From NCBI RefSeq assembly GCF_048403405.1, contig NZ_CP183129.1: a DNA stretch of 64,000 nucleotides. One strand, 5' to 3'. Below the pieces are notes generated by a model. That model did no database searches and was not told the DNA's origin. It was given only the letters and a program-made list of their open reading frames with translations. Positions 10,694 through 20,711 of the stretch are shown here, piece by piece; the first letter of the stretch is position 1, and each line of letters begins with the position of its first letter. A program made the position numbers and the translations under genes. Source of the stretch: Escherichia coli (lineage in GTDB: Bacteria; Pseudomonadota; Gammaproteobacteria; Enterobacterales; Enterobacteriaceae).

Positions 10694-12547
10694 ATGAGAC
10701 GATTTCTGACGACGCTGATGATACTCCTGGTCGTGCTGGTGGCCGGGTTATCTGCGTTAGTGTTGCTGGTGAATCCGAATGATTTCCGCGACTATATGGT
10801 CAAGCAAGTTGCTGCACGTAGCGGTTATCAATTGCAGCTCGACGGGCCACTGCGTTGGCACGTCTGGCCGCAGCTTAGTATCCTCTCCGGGCGAATGTCT
10901 CTCACCGCCCAGGGCGCGAGCCAGCCACTGGTTCGCGCCGACAACATGCGTCTGGACGTGGCGCTTTTACCACTACTGAGTCATCAACTGAGCGTTAAGC
11001 AGGTGATGCTAAAAGGGGCAGTGATCCAACTGACGCCGCAGACGGAAGCGGTGCGCAGTGAAGACGCTCCGGTTGCACCGCGCGACAATACCTTGCCGGA
11101 TCTGTCAGACGATCGCGGATGGTCGTTTGATATATCCAGTCTTAAGATGGCGGACAGCGTGCTGGTGTTCCAGCATGAAGATGACGAGCAGGTGACAATC
11201 CGCAATATCCGCCTGCAAATGGAACAAGATCCCCAACATCGTGGCTCATTTGAGTTCTCCGGGCGGGTTAATCGCGATCAGCGCGACCTCACGATATCCC
11301 TTAACGGTACGGTAGATGCTTCTGATTATCCGCATGATTTAACGGCGGCTATTGAACAAATTAACTGGCAGTTGCAGGGTGCAGATTTACCAAAACAAGG
11401 TATTCAGGGGCAGGGGAGTTTCCAGGCCCAGTGGCAGGAGTCACATAAACGCCTTTCATTTAACCAAATTAGTTTGACCGCCAATGACAGTACGCTGAGC
11501 GGGCAAGCACAGGTCACGCTGACAGAGAAACCGGAATGGCAGCTGAGACTGCAATTCCCGCAACTGAATCTTGACAACCTCATCCCGCTTAAAGAAACAG
11601 CGAACGGTGAAAACGGTGCCGCGCAGCAAGGGCAGAGCCAATCCACGTTGCCGCGCCCGGTCATTTCTTCGCGTATTGATGAACCGGCCTATCAGGGATT
11701 GCAAGGCTTTACGGCTGATATTTTGTTGCAGGCCAGTAACGTGCGCTGGCGCGGAATGAATTTTACAGATGTTTCCACGCAAATGACCAACAAGTCGGGT
11801 TTGCTGGAAATTACTCAACTGCAGGGCAAGCTTAACGGTGGACAGGTTTCGCTGCCGGGCACGCTGGACGCGACATCAATAAATCCGCGGATAAACTTCC
11901 AGCCACGGCTGGAAAACGTTGAGATTGGCACCATTCTGAAGGCGTTTAACTATCCGATTTCGTTGACTGGAAAGATGTCACTGGCTGGTGATTTCTCCGG
12001 TGCTGACATAGATGCCGACGCATTCCGCCACAACTGGCAAGGACAGGCACATGTCGAAATGACCGACACACGCATGGAAGGGATGAACTTCCAGCAGATG
12101 ATTCAGCAAGCGGTAGAACGTAATGGTGGTGATGTGAAGGCCGCTGAAAACTTCGATAACGTAACGCGTCTTGACCGCTTTACCACCGATTTGACGTTGA
12201 AGGATGGCGTCGTGACGTTAAACGACATGCAAGGTCAATCGCCAGTGCTGGCGCTGACAGGGGAAGGCATGTTGAATCTGGCAGATCAAACCTGCGACAC
12301 CCAGTTTGACATTCGTGTGATTGGTGGCTGGAACGGAGAAAGCAAACTGATTGATTTCCTCAAAGAAACGCCAGTACCGCTGCGGGTTTATGGCAACTGG
12401 CAGCAACTCAATTACAGCCTGCAAGTGGATCAGTTACTGCGCAAACATCTACAGGACGAAGCGAAACGTCGCCTGAATGACTGGGCCGAGCGGAATAAAG
12501 ATTCCCGCAATGGCAAAGATGTGAAGAAGTTGCTGGAGAAGATGTAA
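10694..12547 (+). CDS. asmA: Outer membrane assembly protein AsmA
   Basis: 617-aa ORF with N-terminal signal anchor; position between dcd and yegH. Confidence 0.85.
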   Translation: MRRFLTTLMILLVVLVAGLSALVLLVNPNDFRDYMVKQVAARSGYQLQLDGPLRWHVWPQLSILSGRMSLTAQGASQPLVRADNMRLDVALLPLLSHQLSVKQVMLKGAVIQLTPQTEAVRSEDAPVAPRDNTLPDLSDDRGWSFDISSLKMADSVLVFQHEDDEQVTIRNIRLQMEQDPQHRGSFEFSGRVNRDQRDLTISLNGTVDASDYPHDLTAAIEQINWQLQGADLPKQGIQGQGSFQAQWQESHKRLSFNQISLTANDSTLSGQAQVTLTEKPEWQLRLQFPQLNLDNLIPLKETANGENGAAQQGQSQSTLPRPVISSRIDEPAYQGLQGFTADILLQASNVRWRGMNFTDVSTQMTNKSGLLEITQLQGKLNGGQVSLPGTLDATSINPRINFQPRLENVEIGTILKAFNYPISLTGKMSLAGDFSGADIDADAFRHNWQGQAHVEMTDTRMEGMNFQQMIQQAVERNGGDVKAAENFDNVTRLDRFTTDLTLKDGVVTLNDMQGQSPVLALTGEGMLNLADQTCDTQFDIRVIGGWNGESKLIDFLKETPVPLRVYGNWQQLNYSLQVDQLLRKHLQDEAKRRLNDWAERNKDSRNGKDVKKLLEKM

Positions 12548-12558
12548 GACAAGTTATG

Positions 12559-12597
12559 CAGATGGCGGCGTCAATTTGTCGCCATCTGTATTTATAG
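12559..12597. terminator. Hairpin between convergent asmA and antitoxin gene
   Basis: cagatggcg / cgccatctg 9-bp inverted repeat with 12-nt loop, followed by tatttata. Confidence 0.4.
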
Positions 12598-12599
12598 CA

Positions 12600-12908
12600 C
12601 TAAGCAGCATGTGGATATTGAATTTCAATACGTTGAATATGCAATCCTGCATGAGCCATCATGGTGATCAATTTATCGATACTAAAGATCTGGATCTTAC
12701 CTCTGGCAAGTTCAGATATGCGAGGTTGAGTGACCCCTAAAGCAGACGCTGCCTGGGCCTGGCTAAACCCTTGTTGTTCAATCCAGTTATTAATGATCGT
12801 TACAAGTTCGGCACGGATCCGCATATTTTCCGCTTGTTCAGGGGTGTCACTCACCGCATCCCACACACTATCAAAGGTTTCAATTTTCATTTTTCCGCTC
12901 CTGAACAA
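12600..12908 (-). CDS. HTH XRE-family antitoxin (HigA-like)
   Basis: 102-aa ORF with HTH FSQAQAASALGVTQPRISELARGK; overlaps the 3' end of the upstream toxin ORF; alternative start at 12890 (MKIETF). Confidence 0.7.
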   Translation of the reverse strand: MFRSGKMKIETFDSVWDAVSDTPEQAENMRIRAELVTIINNWIEQQGFSQAQAASALGVTQPRISELARGKIQIFSIDKLITMMAHAGLHIQRIEIQYPHAA

Positions 12909-13218
12909 GTTCTTTATAGCGTCGTTTGGCTAAATCAACATCCGATTGACTGGTAGTCTGTGTTTTCTTTTGAAAACAATGCAATACGTAAACCGCTTCT
13001 TCAAATTTTGCGATATACATGACGCGATAGATCCCATCAGCATCGCGAGTACGAATCTCTCGCACACCAGGGCCGATAGTTGAAAAAGGTTTCCAGTCGT
13101 ATGGGTTTAACCCTTGTTGGATCCTGTCGAGTTGATAGCCAATTTCCTGTCGAGACGATTCTGGAAATGCGCGTAAATCGTCAAGACTGGTATCAAGAAA
13201 AGCCAGCTTTTTTCTCAT
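12880..13218 (-). CDS. RelE/ParE-superfamily toxin (HigB/Gp49-like)
   Basis: 112-aa basic protein directly upstream of and overlapping an XRE antitoxin (toxin-first HigBA-type order); AGGA ribosome-binding site and TATAAT -10 upstream. Confidence 0.6.
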   Translation of the reverse strand: MRKKLAFLDTSLDDLRAFPESSRQEIGYQLDRIQQGLNPYDWKPFSTIGPGVREIRTRDADGIYRVMYIAKFEEAVYVLHCFQKKTQTTSQSDVDLAKRRYKELVQERKNEN

Positions 13219-13253
13219 TACTCCATCCTTAGATTATACTAAATTTTGTATAA

Positions 13254-13286
13254 ATCAAATGCGCAGTTTGAACCTGCGCATTTGAT
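13254..13286. promoter_or_regulatory. Perfect 13-bp inverted repeat (candidate TA operator and/or yegH terminator)
   Basis: atcaaatgcgcag-tttgaac-ctgcgcatttgat, just upstream of the toxin -10 (TATAAT) and just downstream of the yegH stop. Confidence 0.45.
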
Positions 13287-13292
13287 GTTTTA

Positions 13293-14876
13293 TCACACTT
13301 CGTACTCCATCTCGCCATCCTTACGTAGCGGAATAATTTGCACCTTCTGCACGCGATGGCTTTCCACCTGCAACGTTTTAAGCAAATAATCCCCCACCTG
13401 AACTTCTTCGCCAGGTTTTGGAATACGCTGCAAATATTCCATCAATAGCCCGGCAATGGTGTGATATTCACGTTTTTCATCCAGCGGCAGCGGCACATAT
13501 TGCACCAGATCTTCCAGCGGCATATGACCATTCGCCGTCCAGGAACCGTCGGCATTCTTCTGAATATCATGGCGGGCGTCGATCTCTTCCACTTCATTCG
13601 GTAAGTTACCGGCAATGGTTTCTGTGACGTCACTTAATGTCACAATCCCTTCCACCGAGCCAAACTCATCCACTACAAAAGCAAAGTGTGTGCGGGCATT
13701 ACGGAACTGCTCCAGGGCAGGTAACAACGGCAAGGTTTCCGGGAACACCAGCGGCTGGCGAATCAACACCCGCAGGTTGAGCGGTTCGCCGCGCAGTGAC
13801 TGTTGTAGCAGGTCGATAACGTGAACAACACCGAGCAAATCTTCCGCGTCATCGCCATCAGTAACCACCAGTCGCGTGTGCTGATTTCGCTCCAGCAACT
13901 GGCGGATCTCGTCTTCCGGCGCGTTGAGATCGATATGCTCAATATCGTGGCGCGACGTCATAATGCTGCTGACGGTACGCTGGTTAAGATTAAGTACCCG
14001 CTCAATCATCCGCCGTTCCTGCGGATTAAAGATTTGCTGGTTACCATGATCCACCAGCATAGACGCGGTTTCGGCGTCCAGTTCCGCATCTTCTTTTTGC
14101 CCGCTAAGCAGGCGCATTACCGCTTCGGTAGTCCGCTGGCGCAGCGTCTGGTTAGCGGAAAGAAAACGTCGCCGGTTAAAGATAGCCAACTGATTGAGCG
14201 CCTCGATCATCACCGAGAAACCAATAGCAGCGTACAGGTAGCCTTTCGGAATGACGAAGCCGAAACCTTCTGCCACCAGGCTAAAGCCAATCATCAACAG
14301 GAAGCTTAAGCAGAGAATAACGATCGTCGGGTGACTGTTAACAAATTGCGTTAACGGCTTGCTGGCCATCAACATCAGGCTGATAGCGATAACGACGGCG
14401 GCCATCATGACCAGTAAATGGTCGACCATCCCGACGGCGGTAATCACCGAGTCGAGTGAGAAGATGGCGTCCAGTACCACAATTTGTGTCACCACCCCCC
14501 AGAACTTCGCACCTTTGCGTTGTGTGGGGTTATTGCTGTCTTTCCCCTCCAGCCGTTCGTTCAGCTCCATCGTGGCTTTGAACAGCAGGAAGAAACCACC
14601 AAACAGCATGATTAAATCGCGGGCGCTAAAGGTAAACGAGCGGAAGCTGAACAGCGGTTGAGTCAGGGTGACCAGCCAGGAGATTGACGCCAGCAGTAAC
14701 AGGCGCATTAACATCGCCAGCAGCAGCCCGGTAACCCGTGCGCGGTCGCGCTGCTTCGGCGGTAGTTTTTCGGCGAGGATGGCAATAAAGACCAGGTTAT
14801 CAATGCCGAGGACCAGTTCGATCACAATCAGCGTGATTAACCCGGCCCAGATAGACGGATCGGCAATCCATTCCAT
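13293..14876 (-). CDS. yegH: TerC/CBS/CorC-domain inner membrane protein
   Basis: ORF 13293..14942; likely start [10 protein letters not shown] at 14876 (527 aa); TerC-like TM region plus CBS pair. Confidence 0.85.
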   Translation of the reverse strand: MEWIADPSIWAGLITLIVIELVLGIDNLVFIAILAEKLPPKQRDRARVTGLLLAMLMRLLLLASISWLVTLTQPLFSFRSFTFSARDLIMLFGGFFLLFKATMELNERLEGKDSNNPTQRKGAKFWGVVTQIVVLDAIFSLDSVITAVGMVDHLLVMMAAVVIAISLMLMASKPLTQFVNSHPTIVILCLSFLLMIGFSLVAEGFGFVIPKGYLYAAIGFSVMIEALNQLAIFNRRRFLSANQTLRQRTTEAVMRLLSGQKEDAELDAETASMLVDHGNQQIFNPQERRMIERVLNLNQRTVSSIMTSRHDIEHIDLNAPEDEIRQLLERNQHTRLVVTDGDDAEDLLGVVHVIDLLQQSLRGEPLNLRVLIRQPLVFPETLPLLPALEQFRNARTHFAFVVDEFGSVEGIVTLSDVTETIAGNLPNEVEEIDARHDIQKNADGSWTANGHMPLEDLVQYVPLPLDEKREYHTIAGLLMEYLQRIPKPGEEVQVGDYLLKTLQVESHRVQKVQIIPLRKDGEMEYEV

Positions 14877-15317
14877 AGTAAGTACAAAACCTATTCGTTG
14901 TATGACAAATGTCACAATTCGATCATGGATAAATCGGGGCAAAAATGCAATGTTGCAGCACTATTTATCTCATATTATTTGAGGGTAATAACCTCACATT
15001 ACCCCTGAATTAAAAGTGGTAATAATAAAACATTATTTAAGAAATATCGCATGTGGAGACACTATATTAAATATTGTCAACCTAAAGAAACTCCTAAAAA
15101 CCATATTGAATGACACTTAATATAATTCTTAAAAATAGCCAATTGCCGAATTGTTACCTTGCCTGCTATTCCGTTAGCTGTAACACTTCCTCCTGCATTA
15201 TTGGAGAGCCAATATTCAATTACCATAATGTCACCTTATATTCGGAAGTTAATTTCCGCAATAACCCTTTCTCATCAACGACTGTATGTTGAGAGGGTTT
15301 TAAAAATTAAGCTAAAT

Positions 15318-15356
15318 CAGTGTATTGGTAGCTAAAAAGCCAGGGGCGGTAGCGTG
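15318..15356 (+). promoter_or_regulatory. JUMPstart element with ops (RfaH recruitment) in the wza leader
   Basis: cagtgtattggtagctaaaaagccaggggcggtagcgtg; ops GGCGGTAGCGTG at 15345..15356. Confidence 0.8.
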
Positions 15357-15534
15357 TCTGGATGCCTGAAAGACCAGTCTGAATTATTCTGTCAATAGCC
15401 TGCGGATGAAATCAATTTTTTTAGGACTGATGCCAGTTAAATTTTTATTCAATTAACTGCAAGGTAAATGTGCATGGCGACATTGCTATTAATAGTGCAC
15501 AGGATAATTACTCTGCCAAAGTGATAAATAAACA

Positions 15535-16674
15535 ATGATGAAATCCAAAATGAAATTGATGCCATTATTGGTGTCAGTAACCTTGATAAGCGGTTGCACA
15601 GTACTTCCGGGCAGCAATATGTCGACGATGGGGAAAGACGTCATCAAACAGCAGGACGCTGATTTCGATCTCGACAAAATGGTGAATGTTTATCCGCTGA
15701 CCCCGCGCCTGATTGATCAATTACGCCCACGCCCCAACGTAGCGCGCCCCAATATGACGCTGGAAAGCGAGATCGCGAATTACCAGTATCGCGTCGGGCC
15801 GGGGGACGTTCTTAATGTCACCGTCTGGGATCACCCGGAACTCACCACGCCAGCCGGTCAGTACCGCAGCTCCAGCGACACCGGCAACTGGGTACAGCCT
15901 GACGGCACCATGTTCTACCCGTATATCGGCAAGGTTCACGTCGTGGGGAAAACGCTCGCTGAAATCCGCAGTGATATTACCGGGCGCTTAGCGACGTACA
16001 TCGCTGACCCGCAGGTGGACGTTAATATCGCCGCCTTCCGCTCGCAAAAAGCCTATATCTCCGGTCAGGTGAATAAATCCGGTCAACAGGCGATTACCAA
16101 CGTGCCACTGACCATTCTCGATGCCATCAACGCCGCAGGTGGCCTGACCGACACCGCTGACTGGCGCAACGTGGTGCTAACACACAATGGTCGTGAAGAG
16201 CGCATTTCTTTGCAGGCGCTGATGCAAAACGGCGACCTCAATCAGAACCGACTGCTTTACCCCGGCGATATTCTTTACGTGCCACGTAATGATGATCTGA
16301 AAGTGTTTGTGATGGGTGAAGTGAAGAAACAGAGCACCCTGAAAATGGACTTTAGCGGTATGACCCTGACTGAAGCCCTGGGTAATGCTGAAGGCATCGA
16401 CATGACCACCTCCAACGCCAGCGGCATCTTTGTCATTCGTCCGCTGAAAGGCGAGGGCGGGCGTAATGGCAAGATTGCCAATATCTACCAGCTGGATATG
16501 TCCGATGCCACGTCGCTGGTGATGGCGACAGAATTCCGCCTGCAACCTTATGACGTGGTGTATGTCACCACCGCCCCGGTTTCCCGCTGGAACCGTCTGA
16601 TCAATCAGTTGCTGCCAACTATTAGCGGTGTCCGTTACATGACGGATACAGCCAGCGACATTCATAACTGGTAA
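15535..16674 (+). CDS. wza: Colanic acid export outer membrane lipoprotein
   Basis: 379-aa ORF with lipoprotein signal LISGC. Confidence 0.9.
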   Translation: MMKSKMKLMPLLVSVTLISGCTVLPGSNMSTMGKDVIKQQDADFDLDKMVNVYPLTPRLIDQLRPRPNVARPNMTLESEIANYQYRVGPGDVLNVTVWDHPELTTPAGQYRSSSDTGNWVQPDGTMFYPYIGKVHVVGKTLAEIRSDITGRLATYIADPQVDVNIAAFRSQKAYISGQVNKSGQQAITNVPLTILDAINAAGGLTDTADWRNVVLTHNGREERISLQALMQNGDLNQNRLLYPGDILYVPRNDDLKVFVMGEVKKQSTLKMDFSGMTLTEALGNAEGIDMTTSNASGIFVIRPLKGEGGRNGKIANIYQLDMSDATSLVMATEFRLQPYDVVYVTTAPVSRWNRLINQLLPTISGVRYMTDTASDIHNW

Positions 16675-16679
16675 TCGTC

Positions 16680-17123
16680 ATGTTTAACAACATCTTAGTT
16701 GTCTGTGTCGGCAATATTTGCCGTTCTCCGACGGCGGAACGCTTACTGCAACGTTATCACCCGGAGCTAAAAGTGGAGTCCGCTGGACTCGGCGCGCTGG
16801 TCGGTAAGGGCGCTGATCCTACCGCTATCAGCGTCGCCGCAGAACATCAACTGTCTCTGGAAGGTCACTGTGCACGGCAAATCAGCCGCCGCCTGTGTCG
16901 CAACTACGACCTGATTTTGACCATGGAAAAGCGCCATATCGAACGCTTATGCGAGATGGCACCCGAGATGCGCGGCAAAGTGATGCTGTTTGGTCACTGG
17001 GATAACGAATGTGAAATCCCCGATCCGTATCGCAAAAGCCGGGATACGTTTGCAGCGGTGTACACATTACTTGAACGGTCTGCCCGCCAGTGGGCGCAGG
17101 CATTGAACGCAGAGCAGGTATAA
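16680..17123 (+). CDS. wzb: Low-molecular-weight protein-tyrosine phosphatase
   Basis: 147-aa ORF with CVGNICRS P-loop. Confidence 0.9.
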   Translation: MFNNILVVCVGNICRSPTAERLLQRYHPELKVESAGLGALVGKGADPTAISVAAEHQLSLEGHCARQISRRLCRNYDLILTMEKRHIERLCEMAPEMRGKVMLFGHWDNECEIPDPYRKSRDTFAAVYTLLERSARQWAQALNAEQV

Positions 17124-17125
17124 GA

Positions 17126-19288
17126 ATGACAGAAAAAGTAAAACAACATGCCGCTCCGGGAACGGGCAGTGATGAAATCGATATTGGTCGCCTGGTCGGC
17201 ACCGTCATTGAAGCGCGCTGGTGGGTAATTGGCATCACCGCCGTATTTGCCCTCTGTGCCGTGGTTTACACCTTCTTCGCCACGCCGATTTATAGTGCCG
17301 ACGCACTGGTACAAATCGAGCAAAACAGCGGCAATTCGTTAGTGCAGGACATTGGTTCGGCATTAGCCAACAAACCGCCAGCATCGGACGCCGAGATCCA
17401 GTTGATTCGTTCGCGTCTGGTGCTTGGTAAAACGGTGGACGATCTCGACCTCGATATTGCAGTGAGCAAAAACACGTTCCCGATTTTCGGTGCGGGCTGG
17501 GATCGCCTGATGGGACGCCAGAACGAGACGGTAAAAGTGACCATCTTTAACCGCCCGAAAGAGATGGCGGATCAGGTGTTTACGCTTAATGTGCTGGACG
17601 ATAAAAACTACACTCTGAGCAGCGATGGCGGCTTTAGCGCCCGTGGGCAAGCGGGCCAGATGCTGAAAAAAGAAGGCGTCACGCTGATGGTTGAAGCTAT
17701 TCACGCCCGCCCGGGCAGTGAGTTTACCGTCACCAAATACTCCACGCTGGGGATGATCAATCAACTGCAAAACAGCCTGACGGTAACGGAGAACGGCAAA
17801 GACGCAGGCGTACTGAGCCTGACTTATACCGGTGAAGATCGCGAACAGATCCGCGACATTCTTAACAGCATCGCCCGTAACTATCAGGAACAAAATATTG
17901 AGCGCAAATCGGCGGAAGCGTCGAAAAGCCTCGCTTTCCTCGCGCAACAGTTACCGGAAGTACGTAGCCGCCTTGATGTTGCCGAAAACAAACTGAATGC
18001 CTTCCGTCAGGATAAAGATTCTGTTGATCTGCCGCTGGAAGCGAAAGCGGTGCTCGATTCGATGGTGAACATCGACGCGCAGTTGAACGAACTGACCTTT
18101 AAAGAGGCGGAAATCTCCAAGCTGTACACCAAAGTTCACCCGGCGTACCGCACGCTGCTGGAGAAACGGCAGGCGCTGGAAGACGAAAAAGCCAAACTTA
18201 ATGGTCGCGTAACGGCGATGCCGAAAACCCAGCAGGAAATTGTCCGTCTGACCCGCGATGTCGAGTCTGGTCAGCAGGTCTATATGCAACTGCTGAATAA
18301 AGAGCAGGAGCTGAAAATCACCGAAGCCAGCACCGTCGGCGATGTGCGCATTGTTGACCCGGCAATCACCCAGCCTGGTGTGCTAAAACCGAAGAAAGGG
18401 CTGATTATCCTTGGGGCGATTATCCTCGGCCTGATGCTCTCTATCGTGGGTGTGCTGCTGCGCTCGTTGTTTAATCGCGGCATTGAAAGCCCGCAAGTGC
18501 TGGAAGAACACGGCATTAGCGTTTATGCCAGCATCCCGCTGTCGGAGTGGCAGAAAGCGCGCGATAGCGTCAAAACCATCAAAGGGATTAAACGCTATAA
18601 ACAGAGCCAGCTACTGGCGGTGGGGAATCCAACCGATCTGGCGATTGAAGCCATCCGTAGTCTGCGTACCAGTCTGCACTTTGCGATGATGCAGGCACAG
18701 AACAATGTGTTGATGATGACCGGGGTTAGCCCGTCAATCGGTAAAACCTTTGTCTGCGCCAACCTGGCGGCGGTGATTAGCCAGACCAATAAACGGGTGT
18801 TGTTGATCGACTGCGATATGCGCAAAGGCTACACCCACGAGCTGTTGGGCACTAATAACGTTAATGGCCTGTCGGAAATTCTGATTGGACAGGGCGATAT
18901 TACTACCGCTGCTAAACCGACCTCTATTGCCAAATTTGACCTGATCCCGCGCGGTCAGGTGCCGCCAAATCCTTCTGAACTGTTAATGAGCGAACGCTTT
19001 GCCGAACTGGTGAAGTGGGCGAGTAAAAACTACGACCTGGTGTTGATTGATACGCCGCCGATTCTGGCAGTGACCGATGCGGCAATTGTTGGTCGTCATG
19101 TCGGAACCACGTTGATGGTGGCGCGTTATGCGGTCAACACATTGAAAGAAGTGGAAACCAGTCTGAGCCGCTTTGAGCAAAACGGTATTCCGGTGAAAGG
19201 GGTGATTCTGAACTCCATCTTCCGCCGCGCCAGCGCGTATCAGGATTATGGCTATTACGAATACGAATATAAGTCGGATGCGAAATAA
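17126..19288 (+). CDS. wzc: Tyrosine autokinase / polysaccharide co-polymerase
   Basis: ORF 17090..19288; start MTEKVK at 17126; Walker A GVSPSIGKT; C-terminal Tyr-rich tail YQDYGYYEYEY. Confidence 0.9.
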   Translation: MTEKVKQHAAPGTGSDEIDIGRLVGTVIEARWWVIGITAVFALCAVVYTFFATPIYSADALVQIEQNSGNSLVQDIGSALANKPPASDAEIQLIRSRLVLGKTVDDLDLDIAVSKNTFPIFGAGWDRLMGRQNETVKVTIFNRPKEMADQVFTLNVLDDKNYTLSSDGGFSARGQAGQMLKKEGVTLMVEAIHARPGSEFTVTKYSTLGMINQLQNSLTVTENGKDAGVLSLTYTGEDREQIRDILNSIARNYQEQNIERKSAEASKSLAFLAQQLPEVRSRLDVAENKLNAFRQDKDSVDLPLEAKAVLDSMVNIDAQLNELTFKEAEISKLYTKVHPAYRTLLEKRQALEDEKAKLNGRVTAMPKTQQEIVRLTRDVESGQQVYMQLLNKEQELKITEASTVGDVRIVDPAITQPGVLKPKKGLIILGAIILGLMLSIVGVLLRSLFNRGIESPQVLEEHGISVYASIPLSEWQKARDSVKTIKGIKRYKQSQLLAVGNPTDLAIEAIRSLRTSLHFAMMQAQNNVLMMTGVSPSIGKTFVCANLAAVISQTNKRVLLIDCDMRKGYTHELLGTNNVNGLSEILIGQGDITTAAKPTSIAKFDLIPRGQVPPNPSELLMSERFAELVKWASKNYDLVLIDTPPILAVTDAAIVGRHVGTTLMVARYAVNTLKEVETSLSRFEQNGIPVKGVILNSIFRRASAYQDYGYYEYEYKSDAK

Positions 19289-19312
19289 CGACGCCTGCAT
19301 TCGCACCGCCCC

Positions 19313-19349
19313 GTAGGCCGGATAAGGCGTTCACGCCGCATCCGGCAAG
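19313..19349. repeat. REP element
   Basis: gtaggccggataaggcgttcacgccgcatccggcaag after wzc stop. Confidence 0.6.
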
Positions 19350-19380
19350 CAAACCAGCTCATAAGCCGGGAGAACAACCT

Positions 19381-20220
19381 ATGAAAGACAATCCGCTGAT
19401 TTCAATCTATATGCCGACCTGGAACCGTCAACAACTGGCGATTCGGGCGATAAAATCGGTCCTGCGCCAGGACTACAGTAACTGGGAGATGATCATCGTG
19501 GATGATTGCTCCACCTCCTGGGAACAACTACAACAGTACGTCACCTCCCTCAACGATCCGCGTATCACTTACATTCACAACGACATTAACAGCGGGGCGT
19601 GCGCGGTACGTAACCAGGCGATTATGCTGGCGCAAGGGGAATACATCACCGGGATCGATGATGATGATGAATGGACACCCAACCGCCTGAGCGTCTTCCT
19701 CGCCCATAAACAGCAACTGGTCACTCACGCCTTTTTGTACGCTAACGACTACGTTTGCCAGGGCGAAGTCTATTCCCAACCGGCAAGCTTGCCGCTGTAT
19801 CCCAAATCGCCGTATTCACGCCGCCTGTTCTACAAACGCAATATCATTGGCAATCAGGTCTTTACCTGGGCGTGGCGTTTCAAAGAGTGCTTGTTCGATA
19901 CCAAACTGAAAGCGGCACAGGATTACGACATCTTCCTGCGGATGGTGGTGGAGTACGGCGAACCGTGGAAAGTGGAAGAGGCGACGCAGATCCTGCATAT
20001 CAATCATGGTGAAATGCAGATCACCTCGTCACCGAAAAAATTCTCCGGATACTTCCACTTTTACCGCAAGCACAAAGACAAATTCGACCGCGCCAGCAAA
20101 AAATATCAGCTGTTTACCCTCTACCAGATCCGCAATAAACGCATGACCTGGCGCACTTTGCTGACGCTGCTGTCGGTGCGTAACGGCAAACGTCTGGCTG
20201 ATGGTATTCGGGGGCGCTAA
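19381..20220 (+). CDS. wcaA: Colanic acid glycosyltransferase (GT2)
   Basis: 279-aa ORF; ISIYMPTWN N-terminus and DDDDE motif. Confidence 0.85.
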   Translation: MKDNPLISIYMPTWNRQQLAIRAIKSVLRQDYSNWEMIIVDDCSTSWEQLQQYVTSLNDPRITYIHNDINSGACAVRNQAIMLAQGEYITGIDDDDEWTPNRLSVFLAHKQQLVTHAFLYANDYVCQGEVYSQPASLPLYPKSPYSRRLFYKRNIIGNQVFTWAWRFKECLFDTKLKAAQDYDIFLRMVVEYGEPWKVEEATQILHINHGEMQITSSPKKFSGYFHFYRKHKDKFDRASKKYQLFTLYQIRNKRMTWRTLLTLLSVRNGKRLADGIRGR

Positions 20221-20222
20221 AG

Positions 20223-20711
20223 ATGCTGGAAGATCTGCGCGCCAACAGCTGGAGTTTACGTCCGTGCTGCATGGTTCTTGCCTATCGCGTCGCTCATTTT
20301 TGTTCGGTGTGGCGCAAAAAGAACGTCCTCAACAATCTGTGGGCGGCCCCGCTGCTGGTGCTGTATCGCATTATCACCGAATGCTTTTTCGGTTATGAAA
20401 TCCAGGCCGCCGCGACCATAGGCCGACGCTTTACTATCCATCACGGTTACGCCGTGGTGATCAATAAAAACGTGGTCGCGGGGGATGATTTCACCATTCG
20501 TCACGGCGTCACTATCGGCAATCGTGGTGCCGATAACATGGCATGTCCACACATTGGCAACGGCGTCGAACTCGGTGCCAACGTCATTATTCTTGGTGAT
20601 ATCACGCTTGGTAACAACGTCACCGTGGGCGCGGGCAGCGTGGTGCTCGACTCTGTCCCGGACAACGCGCTGGTGGTGGGAGAAAAAGCGCGAGTGAAGG
20701 TAATTAAATGA
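20223..20711 (+). CDS. wcaB: Colanic acid acetyltransferase (hexapeptide repeat)
   Basis: 162-aa ORF with left-handed beta-helix repeats. Confidence 0.85.
   Translation: MLEDLRANSWSLRPCCMVLAYRVAHFCSVWRKKNVLNNLWAAPLLVLYRIITECFFGYEIQAAATIGRRFTIHHGYAVVINKNVVAGDDFTIRHGVTIGNRGADNMACPHIGNGVELGANVIILGDITLGNNVTVGAGSVVLDSVPDNALVVGEKARVKVIK

Noticed and set aside
14943-15317. Candidate RcsAB box in the long AT-rich wza leader (e.g. TAAGAAATATCGCA at about 15041 or taatataattctta at about 15119)
   Set aside because: The matches to the RcsAB consensus as I remember it are only partial and I cannot place the box or the promoter with confidence by eye.
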